A stretch of 46,358 bases of DNA from a virus (taxonomy: Duplodnaviria; Caudoviricetes), in the IMG/VR virus record IMGVR_UViG_3300031820_000008, positions 1 through 46,358 of that record; one strand, written 5' to 3'. This document shows positions 25,202 through 33,967 of this stretch, piece by piece. Both the position numbers and the translations under genes were made by a program. Numbering within the stretch: position 1 is the stretch's first letter; each line of letters opens with the position of its first letter. The notes under the pieces are model-generated. The model saw only the letters and a list, made by a program, of their open reading frames with translations, made no database searches and was not told where the DNA came from.

Positions 25202-25441
25202 ATGTCCCCCACACGCCCGACCATCCGGTCGGCCGCGGACACACAGATCCGTATCTACGACAGGAGCACCAACATCGAAGTAGCAATCCTGATCGGAGAG
25301 CTCCGCACTATCATCAACGTCCTGCGCTCCACACACTGGACAATGGCCGACTACCGTTGGTCCCTGTCCCCGTACGGGGCTGCGCCCAATAACGCCTTCT
25401 ACCAGTGGCAATACGAACACTACCTCATCGAGGACCTCTAA
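25202..25441 (+). CDS. Hypothetical protein
   Basis: AAGGAGG SD before ATG 25202. Confidence 0.6.
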   Translation: MSPTRPTIRSAADTQIRIYDRSTNIEVAILIGELRTIINVLRSTHWTMADYRWSLSPYGAAPNNAFYQWQYEHYLIEDL

Positions 25442-25442
25442 C

Positions 25443-25754
25443 GTGAAATCCCAAAGCATCCACGTCAGCAACATCAAACGGCGTCCTGGGCTGCGCCCCG
25501 CCACATTCCGTGAGCGTAACGGGGCTCCGCAGCTTCCCAACGCCTCCGACATGATGGCCAACGCACTCGGCCTCATCGCTCAGCACGCCACCGACGACGG
25601 CCAGTTCAGCGCACGTATCTTCCTACTTGCAGGACTCACACTCCTGCGAATGAACGGCAGCGACTCGCGGGCGGTCGACGCCGTTATCGTCAACCTACGC
25701 CCGTACGCAGACGCCCTTCTGGCGGAACTGCAAGGAGACACCACCGATGACTGA
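25443..25754 (+). CDS. Hypothetical protein
   Basis: GAGGA SD; tiles tightly with its neighbours. Confidence 0.55.
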   Translation: MKSQSIHVSNIKRRPGLRPATFRERNGAPQLPNASDMMANALGLIAQHATDDGQFSARIFLLAGLTLLRMNGSDSRAVDAVIVNLRPYADALLAELQGDTTDD

Positions 25755-25905
25755 ATACGTCGACGTCCGCGGTCCCTGGCCCATCTACGTGAACGGCCCT
25801 TACGCCGTCAAACTGGTGGACTACGACCGCAACATCACCCTGGCCGCGGCACGGCTCGCGGCACAGCGCATCCAGGCCCTCGCCTCACAAGGCATCTCGC
25901 TGTGA
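25747..25905 (+). CDS. Hypothetical 52-aa protein
   Basis: AAGGAG SD; MTEYVDVRGPWPIYVNGPYAVKL...; GTGA-coupled to the next gene. Confidence 0.55.
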   Translation: MTEYVDVRGPWPIYVNGPYAVKLVDYDRNITLAAARLAAQRIQALASQGISL

Positions 25906-26150
25906 GGGAAGTCACCGACATACTCGATCCCAACGGAGCACCGGTCGCTTTCGACCAGCTCCCGAACCACACGTACCGCGTCGTGTGCCCGTGGTGTGCC
26001 CAGAACGTCGACGTCCTCTCGTTGGGCCCCACGCTCACGTACCGCAAGCTCTACGACCTGCTCTTCGCCATCCAGTTCACACACATGATCACGTGCCCTG
26101 GGCGAGAGCTCACCTCAATGTCCGTCACCGTCAAAGGAGCCACACAATGA
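25902..26150 (+). CDS. Hypothetical protein (CPWC...H..TC)
   Basis: 82 aa, coupled to genes on both sides. Confidence 0.55.
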   Translation: MREVTDILDPNGAPVAFDQLPNHTYRVVCPWCAQNVDVLSLGPTLTYRKLYDLLFAIQFTHMITCPGRELTSMSVTVKGATQ

Positions 26151-26578
26151 CAAGCAGCCCTTCGGGCAACAGCGCACTACTCGACGCCCCGACCACCGTC
26201 CCAACGGCCCCGCGCATCGAACCGCTCCGCATCGAACTCCCCTACCACAAACCCAGTGGTTGGGAGCTCGACGCGTGGACCTCCGCGCTCCGTTCCGGTT
26301 GCTACCAACAGGGCGAAGGCTCACTTCGCAAAACCACCGGTCACTGCTGCCTCGGCGTCCTGGCCGACGCAGTCTGGCACAAACTGCTCCCGTTCGTCGG
26401 CACAGATGATTCCGATAACTATCGTAGCGCGAACTTCCTCGCCGATCTATTCCCGGACGCGGTCCAAGCCACCTGGGAGAACTACTTCTCCTATCTCAAC
26501 GACAACGAACATCTCACCTTCAACCAGATCGCCCTGGTGATCGAGAATGTCCCCGTCGAGGAGTGGCTCCATGGCTAA
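26147..26578 (+). CDS. Conserved phage hypothetical protein
   Basis: W..ALRSG.Y.QG.G.L....G.CCLGVL.D and LND....TF.QIA motifs; AAGGAG SD. Confidence 0.7.
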   Translation: MTSSPSGNSALLDAPTTVPTAPRIEPLRIELPYHKPSGWELDAWTSALRSGCYQQGEGSLRKTTGHCCLGVLADAVWHKLLPFVGTDDSDNYRSANFLADLFPDAVQATWENYFSYLNDNEHLTFNQIALVIENVPVEEWLHG

Positions 26579-26912
26579 GCCACGCGAAGCGTCTCGTGAC
26601 TCCGTCCTCGGCGAAGTCCCGCGTTGGCTCCGCATCATGACAAACGAGCAACGCGCCATGCTCCCTGAACTCCTGTGGGAGTACTTCCTCGAATCGAACC
26701 ACAACTCCTGGGACGGGCACAACCGCCGCGACCTGGCGGCCTACGCTCGTCTCCTCAGCGACATCATGCTCTTCACGAACAACCACCACAAGTGGCCAGT
26801 CGGTCACCGGTACAACACCGAAGGCAGCGAGTGCTACTGGGAGGATCCAACCAATGAACCAACTGAAGATGCTCCTGGCGGAGCTGGAACTGATGTCCCT
26901 GGCGCACAGTGA
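26571..26912 (+). CDS. Hypothetical protein
   Basis: GAGGAG SD before MAKPRE. Confidence 0.55.
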   Translation: MAKPREASRDSVLGEVPRWLRIMTNEQRAMLPELLWEYFLESNHNSWDGHNRRDLAAYARLLSDIMLFTNNHHKWPVGHRYNTEGSECYWEDPTNEPTEDAPGGAGTDVPGAQ

Positions 26913-27006
26913 CCTACTGTCCGCATACGCCAAGAACTGGGCCATGCAGCTGCGTGCTGCGATCCGCGAACTGGAGGAACAGCATGTACAGCAGGGAGGA
27001 GGTTAA
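26854..27006 (+). CDS. Hypothetical 50-aa helical protein
   Basis: GGGAGG SD; MNQLKMLLAELELMSL... Confidence 0.5.
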   Translation: MNQLKMLLAELELMSLAHSDLLSAYAKNWAMQLRAAIRELEEQHVQQGGG

Positions 27007-27175
27007 ATACACGTTCCGCGTCTGGCTACGGCAACTACAGGAAACAGCCGTAGACGAACGCACATTGAACGCCCGCACCAGGGCGTTCATGACGCTACTA
27101 CAAGCGGAGCACACCAAACGGACGCTCCGTAAGGAGGCACATGACAGTCGAAACCACGGGACAGATCATCACTAG
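26984..27175 (+). CDS. Hypothetical protein
   Basis: GGAGG SD before MYSREEVK. Confidence 0.55.
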   Translation: MYSREEVKYTFRVWLRQLQETAVDERTLNARTRAFMTLLQAEHTKRTLRKEAHDSRNHGTDHH

Positions 27176-27965
27176 ACTGCTCCACGACCGAGGCGGCCAG
27201 CTCCTCATCGTAGGTGAGGGCACGCGCAAAGCCATTCAGCCTGCGCCGCATCCCCAAGTCACCTTCTGGGAATCCCTGGAAGGTGACGTACCATCGAACA
27301 CGCGTGCGATCCTCCTCACTCGCTACGCGCCACACTCCACTAGCGTCGAGATCCGCAAGGCCGCACAACGCCTGCGCGTGCCGATCTGGATGCCCCAAAC
27401 GAACCGTGAGATCCGAGAGATCCTCGACGTGCTGCGCCGGCGCTCACTCACAACACAACCGATCGAAGAGCCAGTCGCGGTCCCAGAACCGCCAGCGGTC
27501 CCAGAACCGCAGAAGGAGCCAGAACCCATGGAACCTGTGCCGAACAAACTCATCCCCGTACAGACCGTCGCCTCGCGCCTTCGGACCAGCAACGCCGTCG
27601 TGCACAATCTCATCCATCACGGCGTGCTGCGCGACTACAACCCGAAGAACCCTGCGAACAAACGGCACTACGCTATGCTCGACGCAGAGGAAGTCCGCCT
27701 CCTGGTGAAGTTAGGTCTCAAGAAGTATGGGCGTGTCACCGAGAACACCGCACAGAAGATCATGGACGACCTCACGAAACCAACGGATAACGGCTCCGCG
27801 CCACCGGAACCGCGACGCGCCGCCAAACCTCAACCGCAGTCGCCCAAGCCCATCGTGCTCGCGTCCCCGGGCGGCGGTCTCCTCGGTGTGGTGCAGTCAC
27901 TGCAGACGGCCCGTGACGCGCTCGACACCGCGATCCACGCACTCCGCCAGCTTCTGGGGAACTGA
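27141..27965 (+). CDS. Two-domain protein with MerR/excisionase-like HTH
   Basis: AAGGAGG SD; LIPVQTVASRLRTSNAVVHNLIHHGVL follows a PEP-rich linker. Confidence 0.6.
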   Translation: MTVETTGQIITRLLHDRGGQLLIVGEGTRKAIQPAPHPQVTFWESLEGDVPSNTRAILLTRYAPHSTSVEIRKAAQRLRVPIWMPQTNREIREILDVLRRRSLTTQPIEEPVAVPEPPAVPEPQKEPEPMEPVPNKLIPVQTVASRLRTSNAVVHNLIHHGVLRDYNPKNPANKRHYAMLDAEEVRLLVKLGLKKYGRVTENTAQKIMDDLTKPTDNGSAPPEPRRAAKPQPQSPKPIVLASPGGGLLGVVQSLQTARDALDTAIHALRQLLGN

Positions 27966-27966
27966 C

Positions 27967-28185
27967 GTGCCGACCTTCAGTTCGTGGCACATCATCGACG
28001 AGCTCATCCGGTGCAACGGCAAGTACCAGGACGATCCACAGGTCACGCTCATCGTGGAGTACACCACTCCCGAAGGCAACAAGGCGTGGGGCGTCACGTA
28101 CCGTGGGCAACACCCCCTTAGGTACCTGATGCCCTCGCCGTTCATCATCAACCCGAAGGTCATCTGGTCGATCAGAGGCCAGTAG
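27967..28185 (+). CDS. Hypothetical protein
   Basis: GTG just after the upstream stop; its stop is the first TAG of the junction element. Confidence 0.55.
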   Translation: MPTFSSWHIIDELIRCNGKYQDDPQVTLIVEYTTPEGNKAWGVTYRGQHPLRYLMPSPFIINPKVIWSIRGQ

Positions 28186-28204
28186 CTGCCTGTAGAGGTA
28201 CTAA
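28183..28204 (+). repeat. Junction element TAGCTGCCTGTAGAGGTACTAA
   Basis: Identical to the lead copy at 16764-16785 on the minus strand. Confidence 0.95.
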
Positions 28205-28250
28205 GTGGAGAAAGGAGGGAAATTAGGGTAAGGCCCCTAAAAAATCAACG

Positions 28251-28280
28251 TTGCAGTTCAATTGGGGGTTGTAGTATAAT
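28251..28280 (+). promoter_or_regulatory. Sigma70-type promoter for the replication/modification operon
   Basis: TTGCAG-18 nt-TATAAT. Confidence 0.7.
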
Positions 28281-28286
28281 ATCTCT

Positions 28287-28365
28287 TGACAGTTGGGGCA
28301 CCACACAGTCCCGGCCCCAGACCACGCAGAGGGACTAATGTCACCGCAGCAACGCGCGGTGGAGG
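28287..28365 (+). promoter_or_regulatory. Structured 5' leader (H-type pseudoknot plus SD-proximal hairpin)
   Basis: Pairings TGGGGC/GCCCCA, loop AGTCCC/GGGACT, TGACA/TGTCA and CACCGC/GCGGTG. Confidence 0.5.
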
Positions 28366-28370
28366 CACAC

Positions 28371-28757
28371 ATGAGCATTCTGTCCGAGATCGATGTCAAC
28401 AACGTAGACCAGATGACCGAGGAGGACCTCCGGGTACACCTCCGCAAGCTCTCCGAAGAGCGTGTCAAGCGCCAGGCCAAACAGAAGGAGTACAACGCCA
28501 AGCCCGAGCAGCAGGAGAAACGAAAGGCCTACTCCCTCAAGTACCGCACCGACCCCGAGCGCTCCGAGAAGTTCAAGGCAGCTCGTGCCGCGTACATGAA
28601 GAAGCCCGAGGTCAAGGAGCGCATGAAGGCGTACCGTGACAAGCGGAACAACGCCTTCAAGCTCCTCAAGGCCGAGGCGGAGCGGCGCGGCATCGCCATG
28701 AACGACGTCCTGGAAACCCTCCGTCCCGAACGTCAGACGGCGGCGCCGGCGGAGTAG
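28371..28757 (+). CDS. Highly charged K/R/E-rich helical protein (putative nucleic-acid binding)
   Basis: GGAGG SD; very strong codon bias; followed by a GCCC-TTCG-GGC hairpin. Confidence 0.7.
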   Translation: MSILSEIDVNNVDQMTEEDLRVHLRKLSEERVKRQAKQKEYNAKPEQQEKRKAYSLKYRTDPERSEKFKAARAAYMKKPEVKERMKAYRDKRNNAFKLLKAEAERRGIAMNDVLETLRPERQTAAPAE

Positions 28758-28823
28758 CCCTTCGGGCCGAGGGACAGCCACCTCGGCCCTACCTTTGACC
28801 CTAAATCACCGTTGGAGTTCAAA

Positions 28824-29507
28824 ATGAGACCATCCGCGATCGTCCTCGTCAGCGGCGGGCTCGACAGTGCAACCGCCCTGGGTTGGGCAACCACACAGTT
28901 CCAGCACATCCTCCCAGTCAACATCTACTACGGCCAACGCCACTCCAAAGAAACGTTCGCCGCCGAACAGCTCTGCGACCACTACGGCCTGGCTTCGCCC
29001 CTGCACCTCGACTTCTCACAGCCGTTCGCGATGATCGGCGGCTCCTCACTCACCTCAGGTAGCATCCACGGTAACCCCTCACAAGAACTCGTCGAGCGCA
29101 CGCCCAGCGATCTGCCGCCAACCTTCGTGCCCGGCCGCAACATGGTGTTTCTCGCCGCCGTAGCGGGCCTCGGCTACGTACACCGCATCTACGACATCGT
29201 CGGAGGCTGGAACGCAGTCGACTACAGTGGATACCCTGACTGCAGACCCGAGTTCTTCGCTGCTGCTGAACGCGCCCTCGGCGAAGCCCTGGTTCACCCC
29301 CTAACGATCCACACACCACTCATATCCCTCACCAAACAGGAGATCATCGAGCTCGGTACCAAACTGGATGTTCCATATCGGCTCACTTGGAGCTGCTACT
29401 CTGGAGGCGGAGCACCCTGTGGACAATGTGATTCGTGTGTCATCCGCAGGGATGGTTTCGCGGCAGCGAAGCTCCCTGATCCTGCTCTCACCGCAGCAAC
29501 TTCGTGA
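28824..29507 (+). CDS. queC: 7-cyano-7-deazaguanine (preQ0) synthase
   Basis: SGGLDS PP-loop, YGQRHSKE, TFVPGRN, GYPDCR, TWSCY....CGQCDSC..R. Confidence 0.95.
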   Translation: MRPSAIVLVSGGLDSATALGWATTQFQHILPVNIYYGQRHSKETFAAEQLCDHYGLASPLHLDFSQPFAMIGGSSLTSGSIHGNPSQELVERTPSDLPPTFVPGRNMVFLAAVAGLGYVHRIYDIVGGWNAVDYSGYPDCRPEFFAAAERALGEALVHPLTIHTPLISLTKQEIIELGTKLDVPYRLTWSCYSGGGAPCGQCDSCVIRRDGFAAAKLPDPALTAATS

Positions 29508-29523
29508 AATGGAGGTCATGCTC

Positions 29524-30123
29524 ATGCACCACCGAATCACTCAACTACAACGTCTCTTCGCCGGTCAACCTGACTGCTGGATCGCTGGCAGCTACGCCGT
29601 CGATCCCCACCAAGCCGGCGACATCGACTTGTGGCTGATCAACCGCCCCATCACCGCCGACGCGATCGCGCACTCACTGACACCCTTCATCATGGAAGGC
29701 ATTCCCCTTACAACCAGCGACGTGCCCCAGTACGAAGGCGTCCGTGACTTCAACCGCGTCGCTACCTGGTACGGACGCGGCAGCACGTACTACTTCGAGA
29801 ACGACGCCCATCGCGACCTCGACGTGCAGATCATGATCACCCAGCACGCCACCGTGAACGAGCTCCTCGCGGGCTTCGACCTCTCGTGTCACCAACAAGC
29901 CTTCTCCCTTCACGACCCCGATCACGTCGTACGCTCCGACGAGTTCACCGGCACCGGCAAGCCCATCATCATCACCCGGTTCACCACGCCGTACAGCACG
30001 ATGCGTCGCTACTTCAAGTACCAGGAACGGTACAAGCTGAAGGTCGACTGGCAATCCATCGGACGCGTCGCTTTAGCGATCGCTCACATGCAGCCCGAAA
30101 CCGTGGAGGCAACCAATGTCTGA
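29524..30123 (+). CDS. Nucleotidyltransferase-fold protein (CCA/poly(A)-polymerase head-like)
   Basis: WIAGS....GDIDLW catalytic motif, DVQIM, GFDLSCHQ and R..KY.ER. Confidence 0.65.
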   Translation: MHHRITQLQRLFAGQPDCWIAGSYAVDPHQAGDIDLWLINRPITADAIAHSLTPFIMEGIPLTTSDVPQYEGVRDFNRVATWYGRGSTYYFENDAHRDLDVQIMITQHATVNELLAGFDLSCHQQAFSLHDPDHVVRSDEFTGTGKPIIITRFTTPYSTMRRYFKYQERYKLKVDWQSIGRVALAIAHMQPETVEATNV

Positions 30124-30331
30124 CGAAGTGTTCAACTACGGAATGGGAGATGCACAGTACGCCAGCATGCAGAACCTGAAGCTGGTGCAGCCCACCTGCA
30201 AGCAGCGGATCGAGCTCGCGGTGGCGCAAGCCGAGGAACGACTCAAACAGGTGCGCCGCGCGCAGGAACTCCTCGACAAGAATCCGGACCTCCAAGAACT
30301 GATCGACATCATGGCGAGGAACCACTTCTAG
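30116..30331 (+). CDS. Hypothetical coiled-coil protein
   Basis: GGAGG SD, 71 aa. Confidence 0.65.
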   Translation: MSDEVFNYGMGDAQYASMQNLKLVQPTCKQRIELAVAQAEERLKQVRRAQELLDKNPDLQELIDIMARNHF

Positions 30332-30333
30332 CC

Positions 30334-31014
30334 ATGAACGTCGGACTGCTCTGGTGGGAGTATAACGAGCTCCTCGAGCACCTCATCTCGCGGCCCGACA
30401 TCTGGACGGAGTCAGAGGGCCAACCCGGCCTCTGGCTCCGTTCCAGTTCCGAAGGGGACGGATGTGGTGTTCTGCTCGTACCTCCCGTAAAAACCGGCCC
30501 CTACCGCCAATATGTCCTGCGGTCCGTGCCGATGACGTGGGATGCACAACGCACAGACGACTACATCCACGAACTTCTCACACACTGGACCTCCTACAAC
30601 TACCGCCTAGACCTCACCACCCTGTTCACCGAGGAGCTACACCTTGACCAACGAACAGCATCCAACGTCGCTATTGCTGCGGTTCGACTTGGGCAAGGGC
30701 CCGAGTTCGACCCGGATCACCTTCCAGAACCCACACAGTCAAACCTTGTGGACGGGGACACTGGCTTCACTCACACCGCAGGACTTAACGAACCTCTCCG
30801 ACGCGTGTTCTATCTCACCGGAGGAGGCTACGTTTGCTTTCGACCTAGCGGTGGATTGCTTACTGTCGATATTAGCGTCAAAGTACGGGAAGGATTCACA
30901 GGAGCCGGCCAGTTCTCAGGACACGTACGCCCTCGAAACGGTGATCTTCGTGGTGCCTTTACCATCCTATTCGGGGAACCCCTTACTCAACTAACACGCA
31001 CGGAGCCCGAATGA
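30334..31014 (+). CDS. Hypothetical protein
   Basis: 226 aa; fills the operon and is ATGA-coupled to the next gene. Confidence 0.6.
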   Translation: MNVGLLWWEYNELLEHLISRPDIWTESEGQPGLWLRSSSEGDGCGVLLVPPVKTGPYRQYVLRSVPMTWDAQRTDDYIHELLTHWTSYNYRLDLTTLFTEELHLDQRTASNVAIAAVRLGQGPEFDPDHLPEPTQSNLVDGDTGFTHTAGLNEPLRRVFYLTGGGYVCFRPSGGLLTVDISVKVREGFTGAGQFSGHVRPRNGDLRGAFTILFGEPLTQLTRTEPE

Positions 31015-31985
31015 ACCGACTCTGGCTCGAAGTGGAAGACCAACACCTAGTGCTGGACGGGGACGTCGACATGAACCAGTCCCGCGTCCAGATCTACAAC
31101 GACTGTCACCGGAAGTACGCGTGGCAGTTCTACCAGCACCTCACGCCCGATCGTCCGCAATGGGCACTACAGGACGGCAAGGCCGTACACGAGGCGCTCG
31201 CTCATCTCACCGCTGGCGCCCCCCTCCTCGATGCGATCCGCGTTGCCCGGAACCTGCTAGCCGAAGGCATGCCGAAGCGCAAGCTCCCAGGCGACGACAC
31301 ACTCCTGGCGGAGCACCAGGACATGGTCGCACGTCTACTCACAGCGTACCTAGACACATACGGCACCGACACAACGTGGGTTCCGTTCGCACAGGAAGTT
31401 TCCGGCCGCGTCGAAGTTGGCGAAGGCACAGGGGTATACCTTGATTTTCGTACCGATAAGTTGGCGACATGGGCACAACAACTCTGGATCGTTGACCACA
31501 AGACAGCAGCGCGCCTGGACCTTCGCGATGTTCAGAAATACGCTATGGACCTTCAGTTCACAGCGTACGTCTACGGTACGCGAAAAGTACTCCAACGCAA
31601 GGTGGCTGGAGTTATCGTGGACCTTCTCGTCAAGACGCAAACACCACAATTTCATCGTGACCTTTTCAAGCGGACCGACGATGACCTACTCGAGTTCGAA
31701 CAGGAGTTTGTTGAAGTATCCCGTGAGATAGCGCTCCGCCACCGACGCGCCGACCACGGGCAGAACTGGAAAACCGTTTTCTACAAGAACACACGGGAGT
31801 GCTTCCGTTATGGAACCTGTCCCTACCGACCCCTCTGCCTCGACGACAACGGCGTCAACCGAGCAGAGTTCGTCCTCCGTGCCCCTGACTATGTCGACGC
31901 TGCGGCCACTCCTCGGTTACCTACTGATCCAACCGGACAACTCCCAAACGTCACTGTACCAGGGTCTGATAGTGACGTCGATTAA
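31011..31985 (+). CDS. Cas4-like / PD-(D/E)XK exonuclease
   Basis: C.RKY, G.AVHEAL, E..., D......IVDHKT, Q...Y and C-terminal C.....C.Y..LC Fe-S cluster motif. Confidence 0.85.
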   Translation: MNRLWLEVEDQHLVLDGDVDMNQSRVQIYNDCHRKYAWQFYQHLTPDRPQWALQDGKAVHEALAHLTAGAPLLDAIRVARNLLAEGMPKRKLPGDDTLLAEHQDMVARLLTAYLDTYGTDTTWVPFAQEVSGRVEVGEGTGVYLDFRTDKLATWAQQLWIVDHKTAARLDLRDVQKYAMDLQFTAYVYGTRKVLQRKVAGVIVDLLVKTQTPQFHRDLFKRTDDDLLEFEQEFVEVSREIALRHRRADHGQNWKTVFYKNTRECFRYGTCPYRPLCLDDNGVNRAEFVLRAPDYVDAAATPRLPTDPTGQLPNVTVPGSDSDVD

Positions 31986-32175
31986 GTACAACCTGCCCGT
32001 CTGCGGCCTCGTCCTCGCCCACGAAGCGACTACGTGGTGGCAGGAGGGTCCAACTGTGGGGCACGTCATGTACTTCGACAAGTACAACGTCCGCTCCATC
32101 GAACTCGGAGGCATCGAGTTCTTCCTCATACCAGAGACGGCATGCCTCGCCATCTCCACGGAGCCACTCACATGA
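31891..32175 (+). CDS. groES: GroES-like co-chaperonin (cpn10)
   Basis: MSTLRPLLGYLLIQP...GLIV...P..G.VLA...VG..MYF.KY....IELGG.EFFLIPE...LAI follows the GroES pattern end to end. Confidence 0.7.
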   Translation: MSTLRPLLGYLLIQPDNSQTSLYQGLIVTSIKYNLPVCGLVLAHEATTWWQEGPTVGHVMYFDKYNVRSIELGGIEFFLIPETACLAISTEPLT

Positions 32176-32345
32176 CACGAGAAGAGCTGAAGGCCGAGAT
32201 CGCCGCACGCATCGACACCATCGTCGCCAAGCCCGGGGAACTCAGCGACGAGAACGTGGACGATCTCGTCGCTGACCTCGGGGAGTTCGTCCAGGAGATC
32301 GTGGACGAGGACGCCAACGAAGACGCAGGGGAGGAAACCGCGTAA
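32172..32345 (+). CDS. Small very acidic protein (possible DNA mimic)
   Basis: MTREELKAEIAARID...EDANEDAGEETA; ATGA-coupled. Confidence 0.6.
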   Translation: MTREELKAEIAARIDTIVAKPGELSDENVDDLVADLGEFVQEIVDEDANEDAGEETA

Positions 32346-32590
32346 TGCCCCGAATGGTCGCTGAGCCCCTGCGGCTCTTCGACGTAGAGAGCGGTCGTGA
32401 GTGGGGAGAGGTCCGCCTTGTGCGGGCCCTCTCCTTACCCCACGGCTTCGAGCTGGAGGTACGCCAGATCCGCGGCGCGTGGCAACGCTTCATGGCGTTC
32501 ACCATCGTCAAAGACCACCTGGCTTACGCCATCTTCCCGAACAACCAGGCCTCACCGCACGCCTTCGAAGGACCACAGCGCGATGAGTAA
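32345..32590 (+). CDS. Hypothetical protein
   Basis: GGAGG SD, TAATG coupling. Confidence 0.55.
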   Translation: MPRMVAEPLRLFDVESGREWGEVRLVRALSLPHGFELEVRQIRGAWQRFMAFTIVKDHLAYAIFPNNQASPHAFEGPQRDE

Positions 32591-33464
32591 CACACTTCCA
32601 CCCCTTCGTCGCACTAGCGAGAACCGTGCTCAGTGGGCAAAGGTCCTCATCTACTGCGCGGCGCGTTGGGGCAAAACGAACCTCGCCCGTACTGTGCCAG
32701 GAGGGCCCAGCAAGGCGCTGATCCTGGCCACCGAGATCGGAGACACAGGAGGACTCCAAACGCTCGGTGACGTACCCTGCGGCATGATCAAGATCACCGA
32801 CCTCACGGAGATGGGCCTCGTCCTCTCCGAACTGGAACGCCGCCAAGTGCCCCCGTCACGGGCCACTCTCGACGGTCCAGCAGGTGTGTACTACGGCGGA
32901 GAACACTTCACTACCGTGATCAACGACAGTTACACAGCCACAGTGGACGGTCCCATCTACGACGCAGCGCTCTCCAACCAAGGGTGGAACTCAGTGTGGG
33001 AGAAAGCCGATCGCAAAGATCCCCGCCAATTCTACCCCTACCTGAACGAGAAGGGCCGTCAGGTCGCCAAATCGCTAATGGCGCTGGAAGCACACGTCGT
33101 ATTCCTCTGCAGGGAAGGCCTCGTCGAGGAAGGCGAAGGACGCGAACGCCGTGTTTGGCACGCGCCCGAACTACCCGGTCAAAAGCTCCCTCGAGAGTTG
33201 CCGGGCTGGCCCGACGCCACACTTCACGGCGTCTGGGTGAACGGGCAACGGGCACTCTGGACCCGCGAACACTACAAATCGGTAAGCGGATTCCGTGTTC
33301 CACCTAACTTCGCCGTACCTGACAAGATCGTCCCGAACCTCGACCTGATCTTCCGCCTCACGCTGGGTGACAGCACCGTGTGTCGGGAGATCGCATTCAC
33401 CCCTAACAGACAGGAGGCACCGCAAACACAACTACCGTCACTGGAAACCACGTTCCGTCGCTAA
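32583..33464 (+). CDS. AAA_24 / Sak4-like P-loop ATPase (recombination)
   Basis: LIYCAARWGKT Walker A, TVINDS Walker B, P.LPGQKL...LPG..D; sits between the Cas4-like and SSB genes. Confidence 0.8.
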   Translation: MSNTLPPLRRTSENRAQWAKVLIYCAARWGKTNLARTVPGGPSKALILATEIGDTGGLQTLGDVPCGMIKITDLTEMGLVLSELERRQVPPSRATLDGPAGVYYGGEHFTTVINDSYTATVDGPIYDAALSNQGWNSVWEKADRKDPRQFYPYLNEKGRQVAKSLMALEAHVVFLCREGLVEEGEGRERRVWHAPELPGQKLPRELPGWPDATLHGVWVNGQRALWTREHYKSVSGFRVPPNFAVPDKIVPNLDLIFRLTLGDSTVCREIAFTPNRQEAPQTQLPSLETTFRR

Positions 33465-33481
33465 CACAGGAGAACAGTCAC

Positions 33482-33907
33482 ATGCCGAAACTCGAAGGTT
33501 ACAGACCCGCAGACATGTCCGAGAGCAACATGATCCCGGAGGGCAACTACCACCTCCGCTGCTCCAAGGTCACGTACTACCCGTTCAAGCCCGCCGATCC
33601 CACCAAGCCGATCAGCGAGGAGAACAAGGACAAGTCGCCGTACCTCAACGTCGACTGGGTCGTCATGGACGGCCAGCACACCGGTCGCCACGTCTTCGAC
33701 TTCGTCTCGCTGGCGAAGGGCGAGGACTGGAAGATGCGCAAGATGTGCGACGCCACCGGCAAGCCCGAGGACTGGGAAGTCGACACCGACGAGTTCGTCG
33801 ACAACGAGGTCGACGCCGTCGTCGGCAAGCAGCCGGGCAAGAAGGGCTACCCCGACAAGAACTACATCAAGAAGTTCATCGTCGAAGGGGAGCGTGAAGC
33901 CCTCTAG
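33482..33907 (+). CDS. DUF669-type single-stranded DNA-binding protein
   Basis: IPEGNY, V.DG.H.GR.VFD and KNYIKKF; Sak4-SSB synteny. Confidence 0.75.
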   Translation: MPKLEGYRPADMSESNMIPEGNYHLRCSKVTYYPFKPADPTKPISEENKDKSPYLNVDWVVMDGQHTGRHVFDFVSLAKGEDWKMRKMCDATGKPEDWEVDTDEFVDNEVDAVVGKQPGKKGYPDKNYIKKFIVEGEREAL

Positions 33908-33915
33908 TACCACGT

Positions 33916-33944
33916 GGGGGGAGGGCCTTCGGGCCCTCCTTCTC
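33916..33944 (+). terminator. Hairpin with cUUCGg tetraloop after the SSB gene (terminator or stabiliser)
   Basis: GGAGGGCC-TTCG-GGCCCTCC followed by TTCT. Confidence 0.6.
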
Positions 33945-33967
33945 ACCATTCGCAGGAGGTACGTCGA

